Part shown: one piece after another, positions 1 through 9,318 of the stretch | How positions within the stretch are numbered: the stretch's first letter is position 1 | Layout: each line of letters begins with the position of its first letter | Source: Eubacteriales bacterium | GTDB taxonomy: Bacteria; Bacillota; Clostridia; Oscillospirales; SIG627 | Length of the DNA: 64,000 nucleotides | Direction: 5' to 3' | NCBI GenBank assembly: GCA_045631145.1 | Contig: JAZQUE010000074.1 | Span: forward strand, 3,065-67,064 | Notes under the pieces: generated by a model | What the model was told of the DNA's origin: nothing | Seen by the model: the letters and a program-made list of their open reading frames with translations, nothing else | The model's database searches: none | Position numbers and translations under genes: made by a program

Positions 1-447
1 ACACCTTCAGATGATAAGAAATACCAACTTGATATAGCAGAAATTTTTATGCGTATCTGCGTGCTTATGCGATATGGATGTCTTGGTTACATTATGCGGC
101 ATGAGGATTACAAGAAAGCTCCACTCCCAAACTTATATGTTCAAATTGCAAGATGGTGTAATCAACCTGGGTTTTATCGGAATTTATCTTTCTGGGAATA
201 TTGCTACAAGAACCAAACATATTGGGAAGAACATACACTAGGGATAAAACACGATAGACTCAAGACCTATGAGGAATTTTTAGAAGACCTCCATAACGGT
301 TATTATAATGACAAGAAGATTTGCCTTACATTAAAGACCTGTCATGAATTCCTGGAAAGTCATAAAGTTCATAAGAAACTCTTCCTCAGTTTCTTTAACT
401 TGTCTTTTAAGAAAATGATAGATCCCAATCTATGGTTACGTAAATAA
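1..447 (+). CDS. hypothetical protein, 5'-truncated by the window edge
   Basis: Frame 1 is open from nt 1 (TPSDDKKYQLDIAEIF precedes the first Met at 49). Stop at 445-447. Only a 13-nt gap to the next + ORF. The Cys/Trp/Tyr-rich tail (RWCNQPGFY, WEYCYKNQTYW) could not be assigned to a family. Confidence 0.5.
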   Translation, partial: TPSDDKKYQLDIAEIFMRICVLMRYGCLGYIMRHEDYKKAPLPNLYVQIARWCNQPGFYRNLSFWEYCYKNQTYWEEHTLGIKHDRLKTYEEFLEDLHNGYYNDKKICLTLKTCHEFLESHKVHKKLFLSFFNLSFKKMIDPNLWLRK

Positions 448-460
448 AAATACTTTAAGT

Positions 461-1141
461 ATGGTAACATTCAGCATTGAAGATTTCTTTTCTAAGAAAT
501 TTGAGAAAGAATCGACTAACATCTTGTTAGAAAGGCCTGCATATTTTTCCGCAATAATGATGGAAAACTATGTGTATCAGCTTATGTGTTATGGTTTGGA
601 AGAATATATTTCATATATGGTTGCTAATCCAAATCAAATAGAAATTACTACTCGTGATATTACTCAACTCAGTAGTATTGATGACTGTACAACAAATATG
701 TGTAGGATAATGCTCGATAATAATAATCAAGGATTTACACTGACCGAGATTGCGACCAATTTACATAGTGATGACAGTTATAAGGATAATCCAGTTGCAC
801 TAACTAAATACGGTGAAAATCAAGTAAAAACTGCTTGTCAAATGGGATTAACTATTTTAAAAAACGAATTATGGTATCTTACAGGAGTTGGTTATGTTAT
901 TAACAACTTACCAGAAAATGTTAGGACAAAATATTTTGCAATTAACCTACTAAGAGACCCATTCTATAGCAAGGTTATACTATCGTTATATGAGAAGGAG
1001 ACAAATTTAAGGGACTTCATGGGTATTCTCTCAGAATCGACTCAAAAAAGAAGATCTTCTAGTTGTCAAAAAGTACTTGCATTTTATATTAAACAATGTC
1101 AAGTTGAAAACATAACTATTAATAACCTTACATTTAAATAA
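461..1141 (+). CDS. hypothetical protein (226 aa), first complete gene of the island operon
   Basis: Uninterrupted ORF. Its stop lies 1 nt before the ATG of the next gene (taatATG at 1139-1145). No motif recognised. Confidence 0.55.
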   Translation: MVTFSIEDFFSKKFEKESTNILLERPAYFSAIMMENYVYQLMCYGLEEYISYMVANPNQIEITTRDITQLSSIDDCTTNMCRIMLDNNNQGFTLTEIATNLHSDDSYKDNPVALTKYGENQVKTACQMGLTILKNELWYLTGVGYVINNLPENVRTKYFAINLLRDPFYSKVILSLYEKETNLRDFMGILSESTQKRRSSSCQKVLAFYIKQCQVENITINNLTFK

Positions 1142-1142
1142 T

Positions 1143-2876
1143 ATGTCTTACACAAATCATTCAAGAAGAACAGGAACTTTGGAACAAGTCATTTGCCGTC
1201 ACGAAGATGGTACTCTTCTTCAAGGAGAAGCTGACATGTATGAAAGAATCATAAGAGATTGTGAGGCAAGTGACTTGCATTGGCATTTGTGGTACGATTT
1301 GTCTCTACCTATTCAATATGCAGGGCAATCAGAAATACAAATAGATTTCTTATTGATTTGTGAAAAGGGTGCCATAATCTTAGAAGTAAAAGGTGGTGGC
1401 ATAGAGGTTGTTAATGGTCGTTATTATTATGTTCGCAATAATGGTCTCTCAAAGCAAATGAGTATTACTCCATTTGAGCAAGCACATAATTACAAATGGG
1501 CATTGCTGAATCATCGTGTGCTTAATGGAGAACAATTATTTGTTGACTATGCAGTTGCTTTTCCTCACCAAGAAATGAACAAAACAAATGAGAATGAATC
1601 TATCGACCAAAGTTTTTGGTTATGGGATAAGCAATTGCATGACAATAAGGATAATTCATTTGCTGATTTTTGTGAGAGTATATTAGATGATGCTAGAGAA
1701 AATTCATCAAGAAGTAGATTTGTACCTGTTCTTACAGAAAAAGAATTAGATGAAGTTGTGCAGGTTCTTTCTCCAACCTTAATAGATAAAAGTCGATATG
1801 CACAATCTACATTGTCAGAAGTGTTAAATTGGCTTCACATACAGAATTTGGATATTCTGGAATCTCTTGAAAGAAACAAACGAATCCTTATAGAAGGGGG
1901 GCCTGGAACAGGAAAAACAACCATGGCTAAAGCTTTTATAAAAAAGCACAAAGGGTTAAAAGGATTGTACTTATGCCAAAATATCTTATTATATGCAAAG
2001 ATAAGAGAGGAGTTAGTACAGGCCGATTTGTATAATTGTGATGTTTATACCTTAAATCGTTATCTTGGCATTATATCTCAGAATGTAGATTCAATGTATG
2101 TTTGGACTCCAAAGCTAGTAAAAGATATAATGCAGAAGACAAATCATAAGTTGTACGACTATGTAATAATAGATGAAGCACAAGACATTGCTGATAAGGG
2201 TATTGACATATTAATTGACAATCTTACTTCTATATCTGGAGACGGATTATCTACTGGAAATTATTTGATCTTCTATGACCTTGAGCAAGGCTACAATAGC
2301 AATTCACGCCATATTGATAATTTTGTGTCTTCATATTTACCTTTTTCTGCGCACTATAAGCTTAACGAAAATAAGCGTGTAATCACAAATAGAAAAATCG
2401 TAAGTTTAGCAAATAAACTTCTATTACAGGAAACAAAAGATGCATATACTGACTTTATCAAAGGCTTGGGTGAAGAATCAATACCTTATTTAAGAACAAC
2501 ATTTGTAAACTGCAATAAAGATTTATTTCGGGCATTCAAATCTGCAGTAAAACAGAGTGATGATATTGAGAGAACTGTAGTACTTGTACACTCTGCATTC
2601 AAACGTGTCATGTATCAAGGTGATAGCATATATGATTTATTATCCGACAAGCCAGGTGTGCATATGTTGGACGAAGATAATGTTGTTAATCCTGACAAGT
2701 CGAGCATACCTTTCACTAGTATTTTAAAATACAAAGGGCTTGAAACCAATAAAGTAATATTGGTAATTCCTGCGTCATGTGCCTCTGTTGACCTAAACAA
2801 CTTCCTATTTGAAATCTATGTTGGGTTTACACGTGCTATGATGGAACTTCAAATAATAATTTATTCAGAGCGTTAA
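1143..2876 (+). CDS. NERD nuclease-related domain fused to an SF1 (UvrD/AAA-like) P-loop ATPase/helicase
   Basis: N-terminal NERD-like D..E.K core (EIQIDFLLICEKGAIILEVKGG). Walker A GGPGTGKTT. Walker B/DEAQ box DYVIIDEAQD. C-terminal UvrD_C-like YVGFTRAMMEL. Confidence 0.8.
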   Translation: MSYTNHSRRTGTLEQVICRHEDGTLLQGEADMYERIIRDCEASDLHWHLWYDLSLPIQYAGQSEIQIDFLLICEKGAIILEVKGGGIEVVNGRYYYVRNNGLSKQMSITPFEQAHNYKWALLNHRVLNGEQLFVDYAVAFPHQEMNKTNENESIDQSFWLWDKQLHDNKDNSFADFCESILDDARENSSRSRFVPVLTEKELDEVVQVLSPTLIDKSRYAQSTLSEVLNWLHIQNLDILESLERNKRILIEGGPGTGKTTMAKAFIKKHKGLKGLYLCQNILLYAKIREELVQADLYNCDVYTLNRYLGIISQNVDSMYVWTPKLVKDIMQKTNHKLYDYVIIDEAQDIADKGIDILIDNLTSISGDGLSTGNYLIFYDLEQGYNSNSRHIDNFVSSYLPFSAHYKLNENKRVITNRKIVSLANKLLLQETKDAYTDFIKGLGEESIPYLRTTFVNCNKDLFRAFKSAVKQSDDIERTVVLVHSAFKRVMYQGDSIYDLLSDKPGVHMLDEDNVVNPDKSSIPFTSILKYKGLETNKVILVIPASCASVDLNNFLFEIYVGFTRAMMELQIIIYSER

Positions 2877-2879
2877 AAT

Positions 2880-5288
2880 ATGGATTTCAAGAAAGCATTA
2901 CAAACATTTGATAGTAATTTTGAGAGTATTCTTGAAATTATGAAACTCAGGAAAGAACCTGAGATGATTGACGCTGTCCGTAATCTATTACTTGTTGTAA
3001 ACCTTATTCTAGAATACTTCATGAATCGAGAAGATGATGAGTTGAAGATTCCTGTAATATATTTCCCAATAAGCCAAGAATACGCTCAAGAATTGTGTGA
3101 AGATTTTGTTACATTGAAACTTGGCTTATATACAAATAAAGATTGGAAAGAGCAATTGTGTTATTTATTATCAAAAAAAGACTTATATATCCCCTCTGAT
3201 ATAAAAACAAAGAAACAACATTTAGCATTACGTGAAAATCATAAGTATGAGAATAAACTCTCTGAAATCCTGTCGCGCTCTAGAAATGAATTCATAGATT
3301 ATGGAAAAACACTAATTTATAGTGAAAAATTACAAAAAGAACAAACCACATATCGTGAAGCTAATAAAGATTACAATAGGAAATCAGTTAATAAATACTG
3401 GTATCTAAGACATGCCATTAACGATTCGAACGATTTCTTACGAGGCGGTTGTCCTCTTTCATTGGTTTATGGGGATAGTGATTTCTTCTACGAACACATT
3501 ATTGAAAATGAAGGAAAAGTGAAAATCCAAAACATAATTGTTTTTCCAACAAAATCTGCAGATGGAAGGTATAGTGAGTTTTGTGCGAACTCATTTCAAA
3601 AACCTTATCTGGATGATTTCATAAGTACTGATTGTGGTTTGAAAAATGTATTTTTCTTTTGTTTCTCTCACAAACCTTATCGTCTTCGTAGACTGTTTGA
3701 CTTCAAACAAAGGATGAAAGAAAGAATACAAATATTTGAAGATGAAGTATATGATTTTATTTCATTCACGTATGAAGAAGCTCTTACTTTAACCAATCAA
3801 AATCCCCCAGAACATCTAGTTGTTAATATAGGTAAGGATAGTAACGAGATACAAGAAGATTACGAGACTCTATTTGATGATATTACAAATGGGTTGGATA
3901 GATATGTGTCTCGTAGAAACGAAATGTCTTTGTGCTTTAGTGATGCATTGAGCAAAGATTACGCAAATAGAATACTAGAAGAAACAGAAGCAGACGAAAA
4001 CTTGATTTCTGAGATTTTAAGATTTAATAGTCGATTATGGAAAGAAGAAGCAGAAGTCGCTCTACAGCATTTTGTCTTCAATAGTAATGTTTTCATTATT
4101 ACTGGCAATGACATAAATGAGCAACTTAAGAATTCTGTCCGTGTATTTCTCCAGCTATATTATAGCGCACAAAAAATTACGTTTGGAACCTTCGGAGATT
4201 TAAGAGGATATCTCTGTAATGGAGAATATCAAAATGAAATCAAGGACAAGAAAATCATTATTATATCATTTAGAAGTGATTATACTGATAGTATTTTTCA
4301 CAAATATCCAAACTCGTTTGATCCATATTGTATTAATGGTGATCAGCAAGTACTTGAGATTGCAAATTATTATTTCTTGCGTCAGTATTATGATTGGGGT
4401 AAATATAATTATGGTAAAGCAATTAGAAAAATCTTAAAATCTGAATTCCGTAATTCTGAGATGAGACCTATACTCGTGGAATATAAGCGTCCAACAAAAC
4501 GATTGCTAGAAGATACACGAGAAGAAGAGAGTGACAGAAACAATAGTCGTACAGTACAGAAAACGAAAGTGACTTATAATAATAATCACTCTCAGGAGTT
4601 TTGGAGGTCCGAATGGATGCTATATAAATTTGGAGATCATCTTAGCATTGCACCTTTATCAGATCTCGTGGATTTATATGAATCAGTTACAGACTTGTCT
4701 ATTCAGCCACTATCATGTCTAGTAAGACGTGTTAATAATCAATTCATTGACAGTCAAAAAGACAAAGACCACAAAAGTGAACGGATGTTCAAAGAGCAAT
4801 CTCTATATGGATTGACTCAGGAAGAGATAGATTCCGATACTCAATTATGGAAAATTCTTTTAGCTAAACGAGTTGAAAAGATGGGATGTAAAAATGTCTA
4901 TGAGGAAGTAATGGACAATTTCAATGAGAGATATAGAGTTAGTTACCATTCATTCAAAAGATGGTTAGAACCTGACTATGGTATTCCAAGAGCCAGAAAA
5001 GTTCAAAAATTCCTTGTGGAAAATTATCTTGGTATTAGACCTCCGTATATTAATCTCATACGTAGAATTAAGGAACGAACAAAAAGTGACACCGAAGGAA
5101 TAACAATTAACATTAGACATTTCCTTAACATTGCACTTTTAAACGATGATTTTAATATTGTTTACAATGCTTTAAGTGATGAAATCCGTGATTTGTTGGA
5201 CATTAATTCTTCAGAAGATGTCGAGAAAATCGTCACTGATGTAAAAGAAATAATAAACTTAGAACCCGTAAAATCTATTTCGCAATGA
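2880..5288 (+). CDS. large hypothetical protein (802 aa) translationally coupled to the downstream helicase
   Basis: Long clean ORF. Starts 3 nt after the previous stop. Its stop overlaps the next start as ATGA (5285-5288). No catalytic motif recognised. It occupies the position taken by DrmE or DruH in known helicase/DUF1998 systems. Confidence 0.7.
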   Translation: MDFKKALQTFDSNFESILEIMKLRKEPEMIDAVRNLLLVVNLILEYFMNREDDELKIPVIYFPISQEYAQELCEDFVTLKLGLYTNKDWKEQLCYLLSKKDLYIPSDIKTKKQHLALRENHKYENKLSEILSRSRNEFIDYGKTLIYSEKLQKEQTTYREANKDYNRKSVNKYWYLRHAINDSNDFLRGGCPLSLVYGDSDFFYEHIIENEGKVKIQNIIVFPTKSADGRYSEFCANSFQKPYLDDFISTDCGLKNVFFFCFSHKPYRLRRLFDFKQRMKERIQIFEDEVYDFISFTYEEALTLTNQNPPEHLVVNIGKDSNEIQEDYETLFDDITNGLDRYVSRRNEMSLCFSDALSKDYANRILEETEADENLISEILRFNSRLWKEEAEVALQHFVFNSNVFIITGNDINEQLKNSVRVFLQLYYSAQKITFGTFGDLRGYLCNGEYQNEIKDKKIIIISFRSDYTDSIFHKYPNSFDPYCINGDQQVLEIANYYFLRQYYDWGKYNYGKAIRKILKSEFRNSEMRPILVEYKRPTKRLLEDTREEESDRNNSRTVQKTKVTYNNNHSQEFWRSEWMLYKFGDHLSIAPLSDLVDLYESVTDLSIQPLSCLVRRVNNQFIDSQKDKDHKSERMFKEQSLYGLTQEEIDSDTQLWKILLAKRVEKMGCKNVYEEVMDNFNERYRVSYHSFKRWLEPDYGIPRARKVQKFLVENYLGIRPPYINLIRRIKERTKSDTEGITINIRHFLNIALLNDDFNIVYNALSDEIRDLLDINSSEDVEKIVTDVKEIINLEPVKSISQ

Positions 5289-8200
5289 TAACAAAAAAAC
5301 GCGATTCTTTAGAGTCTTTCATAAAGGAGCAAATAATAGGTCCTGGCGGCTGCAACTACCAGTATTATATAAAGCGTGAGGATAATAGCGAACGTTTGGA
5401 ACCCGGATATTCATATGGTGAAGTCCTTAATACGACTCCAGGAACCATTTACAGCTCTGCAATACTATTCCCACAGAAAGCAGTCGAAGATAATCGTACA
5501 ATCATAGACAACACTCAAGTTGATGACGAAAATTCGAATGAAGAAGTAGATGATATTCAAAATGTGTTAGAAGAGGAACTATCAGAGGAAAAAAATGTTG
5601 ACCATTCTGAAGATATTGATGCCTTGGGACGAAGATTTCCAAATAAGTTCGGAATATCCTGTTGTTTGGACTCAAATCTCATAAATGAGGGTCTTAAAGT
5701 CACCATATCTGGTAGATATTACAAAGAAATTAAATCTTCAACACTTCTTAGAATTAAGATAGAAGATGTAGAAGGATTTCAAACTTTCATTGAGGATGAT
5801 AAGTTTAAACAACTAATAGGAAAATTAGTTGCTATAGATGGTGATGCAATAAGAATAGTTATGGGCATCAAAGATAAGGAACTTAAAGAAAAAAAGGAAA
5901 GTCTTCGTGAAGTAAACAAACATTTCTGCAAAATTGTTGCTATTAATGATGATGGTTCTTTATGTGATATCTATAATGATGCATCGTTCAAACCTGAATA
6001 TAGATTCTTAAGTGCATATAAGGAGCGTTTATTTGCAAAACTCAACCATTTTGATACAGACAATAATTATACTTCTGCAGGCAGAGAAGAGGAAATAAAA
6101 AATAGAATTTCCAAAGTTGAGAAGTACGAAACATTTATCTCTTATATCGAAGATGTTATATCTGTTTTTGATTCGCAGGGTTTCGGTTATTGGGAAGCTA
6201 TCAACTTTGAGAAATCTATTGATCTTTCTGATATAGACCTTACTTCAAAAAGAGTCTTTAGAGCAGATGATTATCCTTCTTTAAAAGATATAGTCAAAGT
6301 TGAAGTAGGCAATGACACATATTTATCACTTGATGCATGGCTACAAGCCATTAAGAATCAAGGAAAAATTTACCTTAAGGTATTGCTAGTCAATAGTTCT
6401 ACACCTATAACTTCCGGAGATGTAAGATATTTTTCAATTGTAACAAAGAAGGTTAATGAGAGAAGTTTTTTTGGCGTTTCTATTAATATATCAAGTCCTC
6501 ATCTTTTGGAGTATCATAAAGAAAATACTTATGATGCCATCGATGAGGAAGCGAATGCGTTGAGATACTTGTATCGAAATATAAAGGATTTTGGTGTTGG
6601 ACATTTGTGTTCTGTCAATTGGGGAATTAAGAAAGGTGTCATGAATATATGGTCAGAGTTTCTACCAACTGTTGAAACACCTGACGTAGAACCAGTTCCA
6701 AGAAACAAAATGTTGGAGGATATCAGTTCAGATGGGAAAATATATGCAACTCCTTACTTGGAATCTCCCAAGTGCCTTCAATTCAAGTGGCTTTCAGTAT
6801 TTTCTGATGCTAAGGACGAAGATATAGCAAAGGGACTACTAGAATTTGCTGAGACATATAAGCATTGGATAGACAATTTATCAACCAATAATAGTCCAAT
6901 AGCTGAAGAGAATAAGCGCAGATGCAATATGGATTATTTACGTATAAAAAATAACGTTGTTGACTTCCTTTCTGATTCAAAAAAGATGCTTGCGTTCAGA
7001 CTTATGAACGCAGCCATGTTCATGCAATTATGGCATAATACCAATGACAATAAGAATAAAGTTGTTATTGATAAGACTAAGCTTACATTTGATTATTATA
7101 AAAAAGAGGCTGACGACACCACAATATTCAAAGGAATGAATGCTGCTTGGCGTCCATTCCAACTTGCTTTTATACTTCTGAACCTTGACGGCATTTTTCG
7201 AAGAAGTGCTGATACACCTTGGTTGGAAAGGAACGAATTGGTGGATCTTGTGTGGTTCCCTACAGGTGGTGGTAAAACAGAAGCCTATTTGGGTATCATA
7301 GCGCTCACTATTGTAAATAGAAGAAGGACTCAAGGCAAAAAGGGTGAAGGTACAGCTGCATTAATGCGTTATACCTTACGTCTTCTTACAACCCAACAAT
7401 TCCAACGTGCTTTACGACTCATTATGGCATTAGAACAAATAAGATTGTGGAATAACACAACTTATAATCTAGGTAATACGCAGATTTCCATAGGCCTTTA
7501 TGTCGGAAAAGCATCTCTTCCAAATACTAATGAAGATTTGGTTAAGGAAATACAAAATTGGGAACACACACACGGAAGAGTGCCACTAGATACATGTCCA
7601 TGGTGTGGTTCGCTGATTAATCCTATCAGAAAAAATAATGAACAACATTTTCGATGCAGTAATTTTAGATGTACATTTGGTGGTCAAAATACTTATCCCG
7701 TTTGTCTTTGTGATGAGCAAATTTACAAAACTCCTCCTACACTTCTATTTGGTACTGTAGATAAGTTTGCGCAATTAGCTCATAAGGTTGACGAGACAGA
7801 TGTGAAAAAAGACTCTAGAGGTATTTTTGGTATAAACAATGGTTGTCTGCCACCAGATTTGATTATTCAGGATGAGTTACACCTTTTGTTGGGCCCATTG
7901 GGTTCGGCAGTAAGTCTTTATGAGTGTGCTATTGACCAGTTATGTTCACAAAAAGACACAAAGGGAAATGTTATTCGTCCAAAGATCATTTCATCTACCG
8001 CAACTACTAGAAATACATCATTGCAAATAAGAGCTTTATATGATAGAAAAGTTAGCATTTTTCCGAAAAACGGAACCGACTATGACGATTCTTTTTTTGC
8101 ATTTTATAAGCGATTTAAGAATGAGGGAGATGCTGACTGGACATACGTAGCAAAACGAAAATATATGGGTGTGCTTCCTACTGGACGTACACAGATGACT

Positions 8201-9313
8201 ACACAGATTCGTCTTGCTGCAATCTTGTTCGTACATAGAGCGTTATTCGAACAACAGAACTATGAATTGATTAGCAACAAGGACTTTATCAAAGCTGCTG
8301 ATTATTATTACACTGTAATTTCATACTTCAACAGTTTGAAGGAAGTTGGTAAGACAGATGCACAATTCTATCAAGAGTTTACAAAATATACGCGAAGATT
8401 ATACAAGCGTGTTTTGAGATTCTCCCACATGCATGAGTGTCTCTATGTATATAATGATCATTTCCACAAGTCAGAGTTAACAGGTCGATTGACAGGTGAG
8501 GAAGCAGTAAAAGAACTTGCCGATGCTCAGAATCGCAAATGGGACCCCCAAATGCGCTTGCCATATCAAGATGAAGATAATAAGTGGCAAAGAGCGAAGC
8601 TTCCGGCCGATATGGTTCTAGCTACAAACATGATTTCAGTAGGTCTTGATGTGTCAAGATTTAACACAATCATCATGAATTCAATGCCACGAAACATTGC
8701 AGAATACATTCAGGCAAGTTCACGTGTGGCTCGCGAAAAGGAAGGATTGGTAATAACACTTCATAGTCCTTTCAACCAGAGAGATGTATCTCACTTCGAA
8801 AAGTTCAGGGAGTTCCACGAGAAGCTATATTATTATGTTGAACCAATATCTATTACTCCTTTCTCTCCTAAGTCGGTTGAAAGGTTCTTGCCTTTATATC
8901 TTGCTGCAATCATCAGACAGAAATATTCAGGATTGGGCAATCGTAAGGATGCAAGTAACATCAACGACTCACTTGCGACAAAAATTAAGGATGAATTAAA
9001 ACGCTACTTTACAGAGAGAGCTGATAGAAGTGATACTCTTCCATCGCAGGAAGCGGCAATTCTGACGCGTGGAATGTTGGACGTTATTATCAATCAAATT
9101 GATCTAAGTATTGGAATTTGGTTGGATGCTGCTAATAGAATGGGACAAAATTTAGTGTATTACATAACAAAATATGGTAGGCGTAATCCGAACGAGGTAT
9201 CACTATTTGCATCCCCGGAAGATTTTGAAGGAGATATGCCAACAGACAAGTGGCTCGTTCCGAATGCTTTGAGAGTTATTGAACCAGAATCTGTTATTCA
9301 TGTAATTCGTTAA
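5285..9313 (+). CDS. SF2 DExH-box helicase, DISARM DrmA-like / Druantia DruE N-terminal-like
   Basis: Motif I WFPTGGGKTEAYLG. Motif II IIQDELHLL. Motif VI EYIQASSRVAR. Inserted zinc ribbon CPWCGS...CSNFRC. Long non-helicase N-terminal region beginning SLESFIKEQIIGPGG. Confidence 0.85.
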   Translation: MITKKRDSLESFIKEQIIGPGGCNYQYYIKREDNSERLEPGYSYGEVLNTTPGTIYSSAILFPQKAVEDNRTIIDNTQVDDENSNEEVDDIQNVLEEELSEEKNVDHSEDIDALGRRFPNKFGISCCLDSNLINEGLKVTISGRYYKEIKSSTLLRIKIEDVEGFQTFIEDDKFKQLIGKLVAIDGDAIRIVMGIKDKELKEKKESLREVNKHFCKIVAINDDGSLCDIYNDASFKPEYRFLSAYKERLFAKLNHFDTDNNYTSAGREEEIKNRISKVEKYETFISYIEDVISVFDSQGFGYWEAINFEKSIDLSDIDLTSKRVFRADDYPSLKDIVKVEVGNDTYLSLDAWLQAIKNQGKIYLKVLLVNSSTPITSGDVRYFSIVTKKVNERSFFGVSINISSPHLLEYHKENTYDAIDEEANALRYLYRNIKDFGVGHLCSVNWGIKKGVMNIWSEFLPTVETPDVEPVPRNKMLEDISSDGKIYATPYLESPKCLQFKWLSVFSDAKDEDIAKGLLEFAETYKHWIDNLSTNNSPIAEENKRRCNMDYLRIKNNVVDFLSDSKKMLAFRLMNAAMFMQLWHNTNDNKNKVVIDKTKLTFDYYKKEADDTTIFKGMNAAWRPFQLAFILLNLDGIFRRSADTPWLERNELVDLVWFPTGGGKTEAYLGIIALTIVNRRRTQGKKGEGTAALMRYTLRLLTTQQFQRALRLIMALEQIRLWNNTTYNLGNTQISIGLYVGKASLPNTNEDLVKEIQNWEHTHGRVPLDTCPWCGSLINPIRKNNEQHFRCSNFRCTFGGQNTYPVCLCDEQIYKTPPTLLFGTVDKFAQLAHKVDETDVKKDSRGIFGINNGCLPPDLIIQDELHLLLGPLGSAVSLYECAIDQLCSQKDTKGNVIRPKIISSTATTRNTSLQIRALYDRKVSIFPKNGTDYDDSFFAFYKRFKNEGDADWTYVAKRKYMGVLPTGRTQMTTQIRLAAILFVHRALFEQQNYELISNKDFIKAADYYYTVISYFNSLKEVGKTDAQFYQEFTKYTRRLYKRVLRFSHMHECLYVYNDHFHKSELTGRLTGEEAVKELADAQNRKWDPQMRLPYQDEDNKWQRAKLPADMVLATNMISVGLDVSRFNTIIMNSMPRNIAEYIQASSRVAREKEGLVITLHSPFNQRDVSHFEKFREFHEKLYYYVEPISITPFSPKSVERFLPLYLAAIIRQKYSGLGNRKDASNINDSLATKIKDELKRYFTERADRSDTLPSQEAAILTRGMLDVIINQIDLSIGIWLDAANRMGQNLVYYITKYGRRNPNEVSLFASPEDFEGDMPTDKWLVPNALRVIEPESVIHVIR

Positions 9314-9318
9314 TCAAT

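Noticed and set aside
4219-4437. Short internal same-strand ORFs in the island (4219-4437, 8784-8999) and small antisense ORFs (for example 7028-7333, 9974-10180)
   Set aside because: They are nested within long uninterrupted genes. AT-rich sequence yields hydrophobic or Ile/Lys-rich nonsense translations.
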